Notes: generated from the sequence alone by a model not told the origin. DNA of 60,630 bases from an uncultured Pseudobutyrivibrio sp. (GCA_945946605.1 CAMEWP010000001.1:1-60630); one strand, 5' to 3'; shown: positions 1 to 10,456, counted from the stretch's first letter. Made by a program: numbers and translations.

Positions 1-32
1 TTCATTTCCAACGGGTCCAACCATGGTTGAAC

Positions 33-71
33 CTTAGGAGGCGCTTGTTATATCCATTTAACTATGAGAAC
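33..71 (-). pseudogene. 5' half of tRNA-Arg(CCU), interrupted just after the anticodon loop
   Basis: Minus strand reads GTTCTCA-TA-GTTA-AATGGATA-TAAC-A-AGCGC-CTCCTAA-G: acceptor 5' strand, paired D arm, anticodon 5' stem and a 7-nt loop with CCT. The expected GCGCT 3' stem and canonical T arm do not follow. Confidence 0.75.
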
Positions 72-100
72 ATATGCCATTTTTCAACGGCACAAAAATT

Positions 101-129
101 ATTATAAAGGTTTTATATTTCCTTTTCAA
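101..129 (-). promoter_or_regulatory. sigma-A promoter in front of the tRNA-Arg half
   Basis: TTGAAA-17 bp-TATAAT on minus strand. Confidence 0.75.
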
Positions 130-1008
130 CTATAAATTGTCGATATCCACCATTCCCTGCATCCAGACGGTTCCCTTAAATCGGCGTCCCACTGCAGGCT
201 CTCCCAGCAGATCATTTTCATTAATGCAGACATCAAAAACGATATCATTACATTCCACTGTCAAAAGATATAGTTTTTCTCCTGTAATCTCATTGGTGTA
301 TTTATGCCACTCTGTAATATCTCCCAGGACAGAATACTTATCGCTCTCTATCCCATAGGGCATAAAATAGGAACTCACAATGGAAAGAACATCCTCTTTA
401 TCTATTCTTCTGGATATCATAGAATATGTGTCCATATCTTCAATAGTCAAATGTTCAATTGCTTCCTCATCACCATCTCTGGCAGCCTTCATTAAATGAT
501 TTCTTTCGTTATTTAATTTCGTTGCATTTGCAAAGGGCTCTGTCTTCTTTATGGGAAGCAGGATCTTTCCTCTTTCAGAAAGTCCTCCAAGAACAGCACC
601 GGAATAGATATCATATTGATTGTCAGGATTTCTCTTCTTTAAGAATTCCATCATGTTTTGCAGATAAAAGATCAGGTTTACTCCAAGCCTTACATCATCA
701 CTTAATCCCTGATAGCTTTCTCTGTCTGATTGCTTGATGATCTCTGTGTCTGCTTCCGTTGAAATTTGTTTTCCCTGGCAGTACGGATAATAATAATCCA
801 CATGAAACTCATCATTTTTATCATATGTTCCACGCAGCGCAATTCCTATGTTTTTTGCCACTTCATATCTTATTTCAACGTATTCATTTCCTTCGGAATC
901 CAATGCAATATCGTGTCCATCTGGATTTCTGATCATTTCGTATATGAGATCATCCAGCTTTTCTTTTGTCAGATCCGAAAATCCAATAGATCTTAAATAA
1001 TCGTGCAT
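130..1008 (-). CDS. Conserved hypothetical protein (DUF3881-like)
   Basis: 292-aa ORF; N-terminus MHDYLRSIGFS and position downstream of parB recalled from Lachnospiraceae origin regions. Confidence 0.65.
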   Translation of the reverse strand: MHDYLRSIGFSDLTKEKLDDLIYEMIRNPDGHDIALDSEGNEYVEIRYEVAKNIGIALRGTYDKNDEFHVDYYYPYCQGKQISTEADTEIIKQSDRESYQGLSDDVRLGVNLIFYLQNMMEFLKKRNPDNQYDIYSGAVLGGLSERGKILLPIKKTEPFANATKLNNERNHLMKAARDGDEEAIEHLTIEDMDTYSMISRRIDKEDVLSIVSSYFMPYGIESDKYSVLGDITEWHKYTNEITGEKLYLLTVECNDIVFDVCINENDLLGEPAVGRRFKGTVWMQGMVDIDNL

Positions 1009-1021
1009 TCTTTCCTCCGCT

Positions 1022-1519
1022 TTATTTATTATATTCCATGGCCTGTTTCAGTGCCTGTTCTTCTTCCTCTGCCAATGCAATAATGGAATTTCCATCAATG
1101 ATCTCTTTTACATAAGTATAGCAGCCTTCTCTGCTATGAACTGCATTGATAATGTATCCGTCATTTTTTTCATTTAACATGGCAAGAGAGAAACTTAACT
1201 TTCCACCCATCTCTTCAAAGGCATCATACTTCACCAGGCTGTACTTTTGAAAGTCAAATTTCATTTTACGGAATATGGTATCAATATTTCTCTCGTTTGC
1301 TGCATTTGCTTCGATCAATTCATCGATCTGTTCCAGGCGAAAGATCAGATTATCCTCCAGGGATTTTCCATCTTTTCCGCTCATCATTTTTTCATATCTG
1401 TTTTTTAGTCTTCCCATCTGTACCATATTTACAATAACCAAAATCAGTAAGACTAATAAAATCGCTGCCAGCGCTATGATGATATAATCAGAATCGATAC
1501 CTAATAATTGTTCTATCAT
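1022..1519 (-). CDS. Membrane-anchored conserved protein (DUF4446-like)
   Basis: N-terminal TM helix, coiled coil, KYDAFEEMGGKLSFSLA motif; immediately after parB. Confidence 0.7.
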   Translation of the reverse strand: MIEQLLGIDSDYIIIALAAILLVLLILVIVNMVQMGRLKNRYEKMMSGKDGKSLEDNLIFRLEQIDELIEANAANERNIDTIFRKMKFDFQKYSLVKYDAFEEMGGKLSFSLAMLNEKNDGYIINAVHSREGCYTYVKEIIDGNSIIALAEEEEQALKQAMEYNK

Positions 1520-1549
1520 TTATTTTCCTCTTTCTCTTCTACTTGTACT

Positions 1550-2449
1550 CTACTGAATTGACTGAAACAGAGATATAATGCGATCCAACTCATCCTGTGA
1601 GTAATACTCTATTTCAATTTTTCCTTTTTTATTATCCTTTGCATTGATGGATACTTTCGTACCAAAAATATTTTTCATCTTTTCTTCCAAATCTGTATAG
1701 ATCACTTCCAGTTTTGGATCAATGCTATTCTTATCCTCTTCCTTTTCTTTCTTCTTTTCGTTCTGCATCCGCTTCATTTCTTTTTCAACATCACGAACGC
1801 TGAGCTTTTCATCGAAAATTCTCTGAGCAAATTCATACTGTTTATCCTTATCCGTAATTCCAAGAATTGCTCTTGCATGACCTGTTGATATCATATCATC
1901 AATGATCATCTGCTGTACTCTTTCATCCAGTTTCAACAGTCTCATGGAATTGGTCACTGCTGTTCTACTTTTAGAAACTCTTTCAGCCACTTCATCTTGT
2001 TTCAGGTTAAACTCATTTAAGAGTTTTTTGTAAGCCAAAGCTTCTTCAATAGGATTTAAGTCTTCTCTCTGGATATTTTCAATCAGTGAAATTTCAACGA
2101 TTTCCTGTTCTGTCAGATCACGAATGATAACCGGTACTTCCTTCAGACCTGCCATCTTTGCAGCACGCCATCTTCTCTCACCGGCAATGATTTCATAATA
2201 ATCATCTTTTTTCTGTACTAAGAGTGGTGATAATACTCCAAACTGTTTAATGGAATCTGATAATTCCATCAAGGCATCTTCATCAAAATATTTTCTCGGC
2301 TGTTCCCGGTTTGGCTCCACCTTATTAATATTTACCATGATACCGGATTCACCTTTTCCCTCATCATCCTTTTTTGCAGAGGAAGTAACCTGCTTATTTA
2401 CAATCAAAGAATCTAATCCTTTTCCTAATCCATTCTTCTTTGTGGCCAT
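1550..2449 (-). CDS. parB: Chromosome partitioning protein ParB/Spo0J
   Basis: GLGKGLDSL N-terminus, QPRK, GERRWRA arginine patch, ENIQREDL, HTH. Confidence 0.97.
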   Translation of the reverse strand: MATKKNGLGKGLDSLIVNKQVTSSAKKDDEGKGESGIMVNINKVEPNREQPRKYFDEDALMELSDSIKQFGVLSPLLVQKKDDYYEIIAGERRWRAAKMAGLKEVPVIIRDLTEQEIVEISLIENIQREDLNPIEEALAYKKLLNEFNLKQDEVAERVSKSRTAVTNSMRLLKLDERVQQMIIDDMISTGHARAILGITDKDKQYEFAQRIFDEKLSVRDVEKEMKRMQNEKKKEKEEDKNSIDPKLEVIYTDLEEKMKNIFGTKVSINAKDNKKGKIEIEYYSQDELDRIISLFQSIQ

Positions 2450-2450
2450 T

Positions 2451-3221
2451 TTATATATCCTTTCTGTTGATGATTTCTTTTGCTAAATTACGGTAGCTCT
2501 CTGCTCCTGCAGATTTCGGATCATAAATATTAATAGGTAATCCATGGGAAGGTGCTTCTGCTAATCTTACATTTCTTGGAATAATTGTCTGATATACAAC
2601 AGCATTCAGATTTTCTTTTACTGTTTCTACTACATCCGATGAAAGATTTGTTCTTGCATCATACATAGTAAATACAACACCTTCAATCTGAAGATTTGGA
2701 TTCAGTCTTTCCTGTACCAGATCAATGGTGTGGATCAACTGGCTGATTCCTTCCAATGCATAATATTCACATTGGATTGGAACAAGAATCGTATCCGCAG
2801 TTGTCATTGCATTTACTGTCAGCATATTCAGTGAGGGTGGACAATCGATAATAATATAATCAAAATCATCTTTTATGTAATCCACCGCATTTTTTAAAAT
2901 ATATTCCTTGTCGTTAATACCCAGAAGCTCTATCTCTGCTCCGGCAAGATTTACATTAGAAGGAATGACTGTAAGATTTTCTATATTTTCTGGTGAAACC
3001 ATGCTTTCCTTAATGCTGCATTCTCCCAGCATTAATTCGTATACTGTGTCTTCAATTTCATTTTTATCAAGACCAAATCCACTGGTTGTATTTCCCTGAG
3101 GATCTAAATCTATCACCATGATTTTCTTTCCTAATTCAGCAAGACATGATGATAAATTGATTGCCGTTGTTGTTTTACCAACGCCGCCTTTCTGGTTTGC
3201 AATTGCTATTGTTCTTCCCAT
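2451..3221 (-). CDS. soj: ParA/Soj ATPase
   Basis: Deviant Walker A KGGVGKTT, DLDPQGN, IIDCPP, LAEAPSHG. Confidence 0.97.
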   Translation of the reverse strand: MGRTIAIANQKGGVGKTTTAINLSSCLAELGKKIMVIDLDPQGNTTSGFGLDKNEIEDTVYELMLGECSIKESMVSPENIENLTVIPSNVNLAGAEIELLGINDKEYILKNAVDYIKDDFDYIIIDCPPSLNMLTVNAMTTADTILVPIQCEYYALEGISQLIHTIDLVQERLNPNLQIEGVVFTMYDARTNLSSDVVETVKENLNAVVYQTIIPRNVRLAEAPSHGLPINIYDPKSAGAESYRNLAKEIINRKDI

Positions 3222-3254
3222 AATTCCATACCCTTTCTTTTATTCGCTTTGACT

Positions 3255-3283
3255 ATTATATCACTTTACTTTTTGAATTGCCA
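3255..3283 (-). promoter_or_regulatory. Putative soj-parB promoter
   Basis: TGGCAA-17 bp-TATAAT with TGn extended -10. Confidence 0.5.
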
Positions 3284-3342
3284 CCTTGTGCTCTGCGGAT
3301 TTTAACACAATATATAGAATATTATGTTGTATTTTTCAAAAA

Positions 3343-3358
3343 TGTTTCACGTGAAACG
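3343..3358. promoter_or_regulatory. parS site 1
   Basis: TGTTTCACGTGAAACG, 15/16 to the parS palindrome TGTTTCACGTGAAACA. Confidence 0.9.
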
Positions 3359-3438
3359 TTATCTATATCTCCGATATTTTGTACTTTGATTTCATTTCAA
3401 AACACAAAATATTGTAGATGTAAAAGAAGGGAGTAAAA

Positions 3439-3454
3439 TGTTTCACGTGAAACA
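3439..3454. promoter_or_regulatory. parS site 2
   Basis: Perfect TGTTTCACGTGAAACA at the centre of a 40-bp perfect palindrome (3427-3466). Confidence 0.95.
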
Positions 3455-3521
3455 TTTTACTCCCTTACACTAGATATAGTACGAAATATAATTTAAATAA
3501 AAAATAAATATTTTCAAAAAA

Positions 3522-4241
3522 TTATAATGGTTCTTTTCCTGGTGTACCGGCTTTACGAGGATATCTTTTAGGTGTGTTACTTACTTTATCGATCATAACA
3601 AAGGATCTTTCAATATTCGAATCAGGCAAAGAAAATTTATATACACGATCCAGTTTTCCACCCAATAAATGAATACTCTTTTTTCCGGCACTCAGTTCCT
3701 CATCTATAACAGATGACTTATAAGAAATAAATTGACCACCGACTTTTACAAAAGGAAGGCAGTATTCTGAAAGTGTTGAAATATTTGCCACTGCTCTGGA
3801 GACGCAAAGATCATACTGTTCACGATACAATGGATTTTTTCCAGCCTCTTCTGCTCTTCCATGTACAGCTGTAATATCATCTAATTTTAATTTACTGATC
3901 ACATCCTGTAGAAAAAGGATTCTTTTATTCAAGGAATCCATAAGAGTAACCTTCAAATTAGGAAACATGATTTTCAAAGGAATTCCAGGAAAACCAGCTC
4001 CGGTACCTAAATCAATCACACGAATAGGATCATCAAAATTTTTTACCTGGATCAAACTAACGCTATCAAGAAAATGTTTTTCCACTACATCATTAAATTC
4101 TGTAATAGCAGTAAGATTCATCACCTTATTTTTTTCAATCAACATCTCATAATACATTATAAATTTTACGAGTTGTTCATCAGAAGGATGTATATTTAAT
4201 TGTTCTAATCCATTGATAAAGGGATTCAAATTATAATTCAT
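3522..4241 (-). CDS. rsmG: 16S rRNA m7G527 methyltransferase
   Basis: MNLTAIT, KHFLDS, DLGTGAGFPG, GRAEE, SRAVA; start moved to ATG 4241 behind a GAGGT SD. Confidence 0.97.
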   Translation of the reverse strand: MNYNLNPFINGLEQLNIHPSDEQLVKFIMYYEMLIEKNKVMNLTAITEFNDVVEKHFLDSVSLIQVKNFDDPIRVIDLGTGAGFPGIPLKIMFPNLKVTLMDSLNKRILFLQDVISKLKLDDITAVHGRAEEAGKNPLYREQYDLCVSRAVANISTLSEYCLPFVKVGGQFISYKSSVIDEELSAGKKSIHLLGGKLDRVYKFSLPDSNIERSFVMIDKVSNTPKRYPRKAGTPGKEPL

Positions 4242-4281
4242 AAAATACTTACCTCTTACCAAACATAAAATTTATATTCAT

Positions 4282-6168
4282 TTATTTTTGATATTTGCCC
4301 TGTTCCAGATATACAAGAAGAACCGAGATATCTGCAGGTGAAACGCCGGATATTCTGGATGCCTGTCCGATGTTTAATGGACGGAATAATTTCAGTTTTT
4401 GTCTTGCTTCTGTGCGAAGGCTGTTTACATCATCATAATCAATGGAATCCGGAATTTTTTTAGATTCCAGTTTTTTAAAGTGTTCCACCTGTTTTAACTG
4501 ACGAGTAATGTAACCTTCATATTTGATATTAATATTAACCTGATCACATACTTCCTGTGGTAAAGATGGTCGATTTTTGTCAATCGGTGCAAGACAATCA
4601 TAACTCAATTCCGGACGGCGGATCAGATCAGCAAGGGATACTCCTGTATTCAAAGGAATACTGTCAAAGGATAAAAGAAGATTTTGTACTTCTTCATTTG
4701 CACCAATTCTCTGTTCCTTTACTCTCTTTATCTCTTCTTCAATCAGTTTTTCTTTTTTACAAACCCAATCATATCTTTCATCGGAAATCAAACCAATCCG
4801 ATGGCCTATCTTTGAAAGGCGAAGGTCTGCATTATCCTGACGAAGAAGAAGTCGATACTCTGCTCTTGATGTCATCATACGATAAGGTTCTCTGTTTTCC
4901 TTGGTAACAAGGTCATCGATCAAAACACCAATATAAGATTCACTTCTATCAAGAATCAGAGGTTCTCTTCCAAGAATTTCCATGGCTGCATTTATTCCAG
5001 CCACAAGTCCCTGCGCTGCCGCTTCCTCATAACCGCTGCTTCCATTAAACTGACCTCCACTAAACAAGCCACGAATTTTTTTAAACTCTAAAGTAGCATA
5101 CAACTGATTTGCATTGATACAATCATATTCAATAGCATAAGCATTACGAACAATCTTTGCATTTTCCAAACCCGGAACTGTATGATACATAGCATACTGA
5201 ACATCTTCAGGTAAAGAGGATGACATTCCACCAATATACATTTCATTGGTATGAAGACCTTCAGGTTCTACGAAAAGCTGATGACGTTTTTTATCAGCAA
5301 ACCGTACAACCTTATCTTCTATAGATGGACAATATCTTGGACCGGTTCCTTCTATTACTCCGGAATACATAGGAGATCGATCCAGATTGTCCCGGATAAT
5401 TTTATGGGTCTCTTCATTGGTATAAGTAAGATAACAGGAAACCTGATCAATCTGAACATCATCTGGATTTGTAGTAAAAGAAAAAGGTACTACTCTCTCA
5501 TCACCAAACTGTTCTTCCATTTTACTGAAATCAATAGAACGACTGTCGATTCTGGCCGGCGTACCAGTCTTAAATCTCATCATCTCAATGCCATGAGAAA
5601 TCAATGACTCCGTCAAATAATTGGCAGCCTTCAAACCGTTTGGACCGGTATGTTCAATCACATCACCATAAAGACATCTTGCACGAAGATATGTACCTGT
5701 ACAGATGACACAAGCCTTACAATAGTATGTTGCACCGGAAAATGTTTTTACTCCTGTAATATGATCATCTTCTACAAGAATCTCACATACCTCAGCCTGA
5801 CGCAATGTAAGATGGTCTGTATTCTGTAAAGTACTTCTCATCTCCATACTATATGCTGCTTTGTCTGCCTGAGCGCGAAGAGAATGAACAGCGGGACCTT
5901 TAGATTTATTTAACATCTTTGACTGAATAAAAGTCTTATCGATATTAATTCCCATCTGCCCACCAAGTGCATCAATCTCTCTTACAAGGTGCCCCTTTGA
6001 ACTTCCTCCAATATTGGGATTACAGGGCATCATTGCAACACTGTCCATACTAACTGTAAATATAATTGTTTTCAATCCCAGACGCGCACACGCTAAAGCT
6101 GCTTCACATCCGGCATGACCGGCACCGATCACACACACGTCGTATGTTTCATTTACAACAGATGACAT
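4282..6168 (-). CDS. mnmG: tRNA uridine-5-carboxymethylaminomethyl modification enzyme GidA
   Basis: [40 protein letters not shown]. Confidence 0.98.
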   Translation of the reverse strand: MSSVVNETYDVCVIGAGHAGCEAALACARLGLKTIIFTVSMDSVAMMPCNPNIGGSSKGHLVREIDALGGQMGINIDKTFIQSKMLNKSKGPAVHSLRAQADKAAYSMEMRSTLQNTDHLTLRQAEVCEILVEDDHITGVKTFSGATYYCKACVICTGTYLRARCLYGDVIEHTGPNGLKAANYLTESLISHGIEMMRFKTGTPARIDSRSIDFSKMEEQFGDERVVPFSFTTNPDDVQIDQVSCYLTYTNEETHKIIRDNLDRSPMYSGVIEGTGPRYCPSIEDKVVRFADKKRHQLFVEPEGLHTNEMYIGGMSSSLPEDVQYAMYHTVPGLENAKIVRNAYAIEYDCINANQLYATLEFKKIRGLFSGGQFNGSSGYEEAAAQGLVAGINAAMEILGREPLILDRSESYIGVLIDDLVTKENREPYRMMTSRAEYRLLLRQDNADLRLSKIGHRIGLISDERYDWVCKKEKLIEEEIKRVKEQRIGANEEVQNLLLSFDSIPLNTGVSLADLIRRPELSYDCLAPIDKNRPSLPQEVCDQVNINIKYEGYITRQLKQVEHFKKLESKKIPDSIDYDDVNSLRTEARQKLKLFRPLNIGQASRISGVSPADISVLLVYLEQGKYQK

Positions 6169-6202
6169 AACTATCTCCTAATACATTATACTATAAATAT
6201 AA

Positions 6203-7576
6203 TTATTTACCCATACAGAACTTCTGGAAAATTTCATTCACAAGATCATCTTCCACAGACTCACCTATAATATAACCTAATTGTTCATATGCGTCCATAA
6301 GATCAATAGAAAAGAAATCTTCCGGCATTTGATTTAAGATGCTCTCCCTTGTATGAGACAAACTTTCATATGCCGACTTTAACGCATATTTATGACGCGC
6401 ATTGGTAATATAGATTTCATCATTCATATCCAGATCACCATGGAAAAACATTTCTTTAATATGATCTTCCAAGCAATCAAGACCTGTATGTTCCTTTGCA
6501 GAAAATGAAATGATTTTACAATCCAGGTATTCTCTTATATCTTTTTCAGAAACAACCGGTGTCAGATCAGATTTATTTAAAAGAACAATCACCTTCCGGT
6601 CTTTGATCTCTCTCATGATCTGATCATCACTTTCGTCCAAAGGTTTGGAAACATCCACAACATAAAGAATCAGATCAGCATCTTTCATACAATCCATTGC
6701 TCTTTCCACACCGATCTGTTCCACCAGATCATCTGTTTCTCTGATTCCTGCTGTATCAATGATATTTAAGGAAATACCATGGATCTTAATCTGTTCTTCC
6801 AGGGTGTCTCTGGTTGTTCCTGCGATATCCGTAACAATAGCTCTTTCTCTTCCAGCTAAAACATTAAGCAGAGAAGACTTACCTGCATTCGGTTTACCCA
6901 CAATGGCTGTCTGGATACCCTCTTTCATCATTGTACCGTGATCAGCTGTCTGAATCAAGTGATCTAATTCTTTCATAAGTCTTTCCACTTTTATCAATAA
7001 AGAATCACTGTATCCTTCCAGACTGATATGTTCCGGATCATCCAATGCAGATTCAATATAAGCAATTTCATAAATAATATCTTCCCGGAAAGATCTAATC
7101 TTAGAGGAAAGCATACCATTTAACTGATGCATGGAATTTTTCAAAGCCAGCTCATTTTTTGACTGGATCACATCCATCACAGACTCTGCCTGGGAAAGAT
7201 CGATTCTTCCATTCAAAAAAGCTCTCTTTGTAAATTCACCGGGTTCAGCCGGCCTTGCACCCGCTTCCAATACACAGGAGAGAATCTTTTCCATCATAAG
7301 CACACCGCCATGACAGTCAATTTCAACGGTATCCTCCCTTGTATAAGTTCTTGGGGCTCTTAATACAAGAACCATAACCTCATCTATCATTTCATGATTC
7401 CATACAATATGTCCATAATGAACCGTATGAGAGTCAGCTTCAGAAAGTTTTACTTTACCCTGAAACAACTGATCACATATTACAATGGCATCCGGACCAC
7501 TGATTCTTATAATTCCGATTCCCGCATTCGACATTGCTGAGGCAACAGCTGCAATGGTATCTGTTTCATACATCAT
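6203..7576 (-). CDS. mnmE: tRNA modification GTPase TrmE
   Basis: GKPNAGKSS, GTTRD, DTAG, NKSD, C-terminal FCMGK. Confidence 0.98.
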   Translation of the reverse strand: MMYETDTIAAVASAMSNAGIGIIRISGPDAIVICDQLFQGKVKLSEADSHTVHYGHIVWNHEMIDEVMVLVLRAPRTYTREDTVEIDCHGGVLMMEKILSCVLEAGARPAEPGEFTKRAFLNGRIDLSQAESVMDVIQSKNELALKNSMHQLNGMLSSKIRSFREDIIYEIAYIESALDDPEHISLEGYSDSLLIKVERLMKELDHLIQTADHGTMMKEGIQTAIVGKPNAGKSSLLNVLAGRERAIVTDIAGTTRDTLEEQIKIHGISLNIIDTAGIRETDDLVEQIGVERAMDCMKDADLILYVVDVSKPLDESDDQIMREIKDRKVIVLLNKSDLTPVVSEKDIREYLDCKIISFSAKEHTGLDCLEDHIKEMFFHGDLDMNDEIYITNARHKYALKSAYESLSHTRESILNQMPEDFFSIDLMDAYEQLGYIIGESVEDDLVNEIFQKFCMGK

Positions 7577-7590
7577 AGAAAAATCCTCTT

Positions 7591-7617
7591 AAAAGGCCAC
7601 CACTTTCGTGGTGGCCT
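7591..7617 (-). terminator. Intrinsic terminator after jag
   Basis: AGGCCACCAC-GAAA-GTGGTGGCCT followed by TTT on minus strand. Confidence 0.7.
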
Positions 7618-7630
7618 GACAAACAAATGA

Positions 7631-8254
7631 TTATCTTTTTATGGTAACAACTACATGACGATAAGGTTCTTCACCTTCACTGTGTGTTGTTACATACTTG
7701 TCATTCTGGAGAGCTGAATGAATAATTCTTCTCTCGTAGGGATTCATTGCTTCCAAAGAAACAGGTCTCTTTGTTCTCTTAACCTTATATGCAACATTCT
7801 TTGCAAGGTTTTCCAAAGTTTCCTTTCTTCTTCTTCTGTAATCCTCCGTATCAATCTTTACTTTAAGATATTCCTCGGATTTACGATTAACAGCAAGATT
7901 TGTTAAATACTGAAGGGAATCCAGGGTCTGTCCTCTTTTACCGATGAGAACACCCATCTCAGGTCCCTTTAAGTCAATATTCAAAACCTTCTCTTCTTCA
8001 TCCATATTACAGATGATCTCAACCTCAAGGTTCATCTTATCAAATACTTCTTTTAAGAAATTTACAGCAACATCCTCAGGTGTATTCTTCTTAGCTACTT
8101 TAATGATTGCATCCTTTGCAGCAAATCCAAGAAAACCGGTGCTGCCCTTTTCAACAACCTCGTACTCAATCTGATCGCTTGTAGTTCCAAGTGCAACCAG
8201 TGCATTGGTTAATGCATCTTCAACTGTTTTACCAGAAAATTCTACATATTCCAT
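7631..8254 (-). CDS. jag: RNA-binding protein Jag/KhpB (Jag_N, KH, R3H)
   Basis: GKTVEDA, LIGKRGQTLDSLQY, ERRIIH; position after yidC. Confidence 0.95.
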   Translation of the reverse strand: MEYVEFSGKTVEDALTNALVALGTTSDQIEYEVVEKGSTGFLGFAAKDAIIKVAKKNTPEDVAVNFLKEVFDKMNLEVEIICNMDEEEKVLNIDLKGPEMGVLIGKRGQTLDSLQYLTNLAVNRKSEEYLKVKIDTEDYRRRRKETLENLAKNVAYKVKRTKRPVSLEAMNPYERRIIHSALQNDKYVTTHSEGEEPYRHVVVTIKR

Positions 8255-8269
8255 CTTCACTACCCCCGA

Positions 8270-9541
8270 TTATTTATTATTTCTTTCATTAAAATCTTTT
8301 ACCAGATTTGCTTTGGAAGCCATACTTCCCGGTCTTGCATTTGCTCTTACTTCTTCTGCATGATTCAATGCTTCTGTCTTATCAGAGGAAATGTTAGCCT
8401 TGGAAGCCATACTGTTGCTTCTTGTATTCATCGTAGCTGCTTCATAGATCTGTGCCTGACGAATACCGCGCTTTTCTTTTTTCTTTTCAGCCTTTTCCTT
8501 ATTCTTTTCAATAATATCATTCAGATTGATCTTCTCAAAATGCTTATTCAGGAAGAACTGCTGAACAATTCTTACTACAGAACCCATGATCCAGTACAAA
8601 CCAAGACCAACAGGAACGGTAAAGCAGATAAATAAGGACATGAACGGCATCATGGTATTCATCATCTTCATCTGGCTGGCCATCTGATCATTGCCTGAAT
8701 TATCATTGGTAGGCATCAGCTTCAGATTTACAACCTGGCTAAGATAAGATAACAAAGGAATCATAAAAGCACAGATTACCAGAACCCATGCACCGCTGGA
8801 AAATCCGGTCTTAATCATATTCCAGGGAGTATCTGAAATATTCAATACAAACAGATAGTTGATATCATGAAGTTTCTCAGATACAGAAACGATGGAATCA
8901 GCAAGATTCGGAAAACTGCTTTCCAAAGTCTGCCAACCGGACTCACTCAGCTTATAGATCACATCAATGATGTAATTACCCATTGCTGTGTTGTCTTTGG
9001 TAGAAAAATCTACTCTCACATTCTTAAGACCTGCTGTCTCATAGATGTTCTGCATAATATCCACATAACCGTCTGTTGACATGATGCCTGTTACAACATC
9101 ATTGAATACATCCTTTACCTGAGTCAGATAAGCCGGAACATTATAGAATACACGGTAAAGTGCAAACAAGATCGGCATCTGAACAATAGACTGAAGACAG
9201 CTTCCCATGGGAGAAATACCGTATTTATCATAGATCATCTGGGTTTCTTCCTGCATAGCCATCTGGGAATTCTGATCTGTCTTTCCCTTATACTTCTTCT
9301 GAACAGCCTGAATTTCCGGCTGCATCTTTCTGGACAGCACAGAGAACTTCTGCTGCTTATAAGTTAAAGGAAAAAGGCAAAGGTAAATAAAAATAGTAAA
9401 GATAATGATGGTAAGAGCAACGCTCTCGATATGACATATATCCGCAAGAAAGATATAGATCTTATCCATGAACCATCCTAATAATTTAGCAATAGGACCC
9501 AAAAATGCGCCGTCATATGCTGTTAAATAAAGTTCTGTCAA
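8270..9541 (-). CDS. yidC: Membrane protein insertase YidC/SpoIIIJ
   Basis: MQPEIQAVQKKY, QMPILFALY, GLGLYW; synteny rnpA-yidD-yidC-jag. Confidence 0.93.
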   Translation of the reverse strand: MTELYLTAYDGAFLGPIAKLLGWFMDKIYIFLADICHIESVALTIIIFTIFIYLCLFPLTYKQQKFSVLSRKMQPEIQAVQKKYKGKTDQNSQMAMQEETQMIYDKYGISPMGSCLQSIVQMPILFALYRVFYNVPAYLTQVKDVFNDVVTGIMSTDGYVDIMQNIYETAGLKNVRVDFSTKDNTAMGNYIIDVIYKLSESGWQTLESSFPNLADSIVSVSEKLHDINYLFVLNISDTPWNMIKTGFSSGAWVLVICAFMIPLLSYLSQVVNLKLMPTNDNSGNDQMASQMKMMNTMMPFMSLFICFTVPVGLGLYWIMGSVVRIVQQFFLNKHFEKINLNDIIEKNKEKAEKKKEKRGIRQAQIYEAATMNTRSNSMASKANISSDKTEALNHAEEVRANARPGSMASKANLVKDFNERNNK

Positions 9542-9559
9542 TGTAACACCCTCCTATTT

Positions 9560-9778
9560 TTATGGAACAGGATCATATCCGCCTTTTGAAAAAGGATTGC
9601 ACCTTATGATTCTCCATGCCGCTAATGCCCCTCCCTTGATGGCGCCGTACTTCTGTATAGCCTGAAGTCCGTATGCAGAACAAGTGGGACAATAAGGACA
9701 TTTTGTGGTCTTCATTGGTGATAGATATTTCTGATAAAATCTTATCAAATAAATAAGTACATTTTTTAAAATATTCAA
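9560..9778 (-). CDS. yidD: Membrane protein insertion efficiency factor
   Basis: [23 protein letters not shown]. Confidence 0.95.
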   Translation of the reverse strand: MNILKNVLIYLIRFYQKYLSPMKTTKCPYCPTCSAYGLQAIQKYGAIKGGALAAWRIIRCNPFSKGGYDPVP

Positions 9779-9785
9779 AATGATT

Positions 9786-10142
9786 TCATCTACTTTCCAC
9801 TTTATTTACATTTACAATATGATGAAGATTTGCAAGATGCATCAGTGCACTTTCCACTTCATGATAGGAAATGTCCTTTGCACTTCCTCTTGCAACGACT
9901 ACAATGTCCCATCCAGTCTGGAACATTTCTTCCTGTAATCGATAACTTTCTCTGATCAGTCTCGTCAAATGATGTCTAACAACGCTGTTTCCAACTTTTT
10001 TACTTACGGAAATACCAAGACGATTGATGGATTGATGATTTTCACTAATATACATGATCAAATACCGGTTTACTTTGGAACGACCATTTTTATAAACGTA
10101 AACAAAGTCCCGGTTCTTTTTTAAAGATTCACTAAACTTCAT
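9786..10142 (-). CDS. rnpA: Ribonuclease P protein component
   Basis: [17 protein letters not shown] motif; synteny with rpmH. Confidence 0.95.
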   Translation of the reverse strand: MKFSESLKKNRDFVYVYKNGRSKVNRYLIMYISENHQSINRLGISVSKKVGNSVVRHHLTRLIRESYRLQEEMFQTGWDIVVVARGSAKDISYHEVESALMHLANLHHIVNVNKVESR

Positions 10143-10180
10143 TATAATAAGTCCTCAATCATCCACAAAAAAACTTTCAT

Positions 10181-10209
10181 AAAAGAGAAAAGACCACAAA
10201 TATGTGGCC
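10181..10209 (-). terminator. Terminator-like hairpin between rpmH and rnpA
   Basis: GGCCACA-TATT-TGTGGTC followed by TTTTCTCTTTT on minus strand. Confidence 0.55.
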
Positions 10210-10343
10210 TAAGCTGACAATCTCTTTCTGCCTTTTGCTCTTCTGGCAGCGAGTACTTTTCTTCCACCTGCAGTGCTCATTCTGGATCTGAAACCATGCA
10301 CCTTAGATCTCTGTCTCTTTTTCGGTTGATAAGTCATCTTCAT
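10209..10343 (-). CDS. rpmH: 50S ribosomal protein L34 (not in the ORF track)
   Basis: Manual translation [44 protein letters not shown]; GGAGGTG SD. Confidence 0.98.
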   Translation of the reverse strand: MKMTYQPKKRQRSKVHGFRSRMSTAGGRKVLAARRAKGRKRLSA

Positions 10344-10382
10344 AGATATCCACCTCCTTTTTACATGAAAAACATCAGTACA

Positions 10383-10410
10383 ATTATAGCAAAAAAACCT
10401 TTAAAGTCAA
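10383..10410 (-). promoter_or_regulatory. rpmH promoter
   Basis: TTGACT-16 bp-TATAAT with TGn extended -10. Confidence 0.65.
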
Positions 10411-10456
10411 GGAAAACCGTGACTTTTTATAACTTTTAAAACAAAAAATATTTCAA

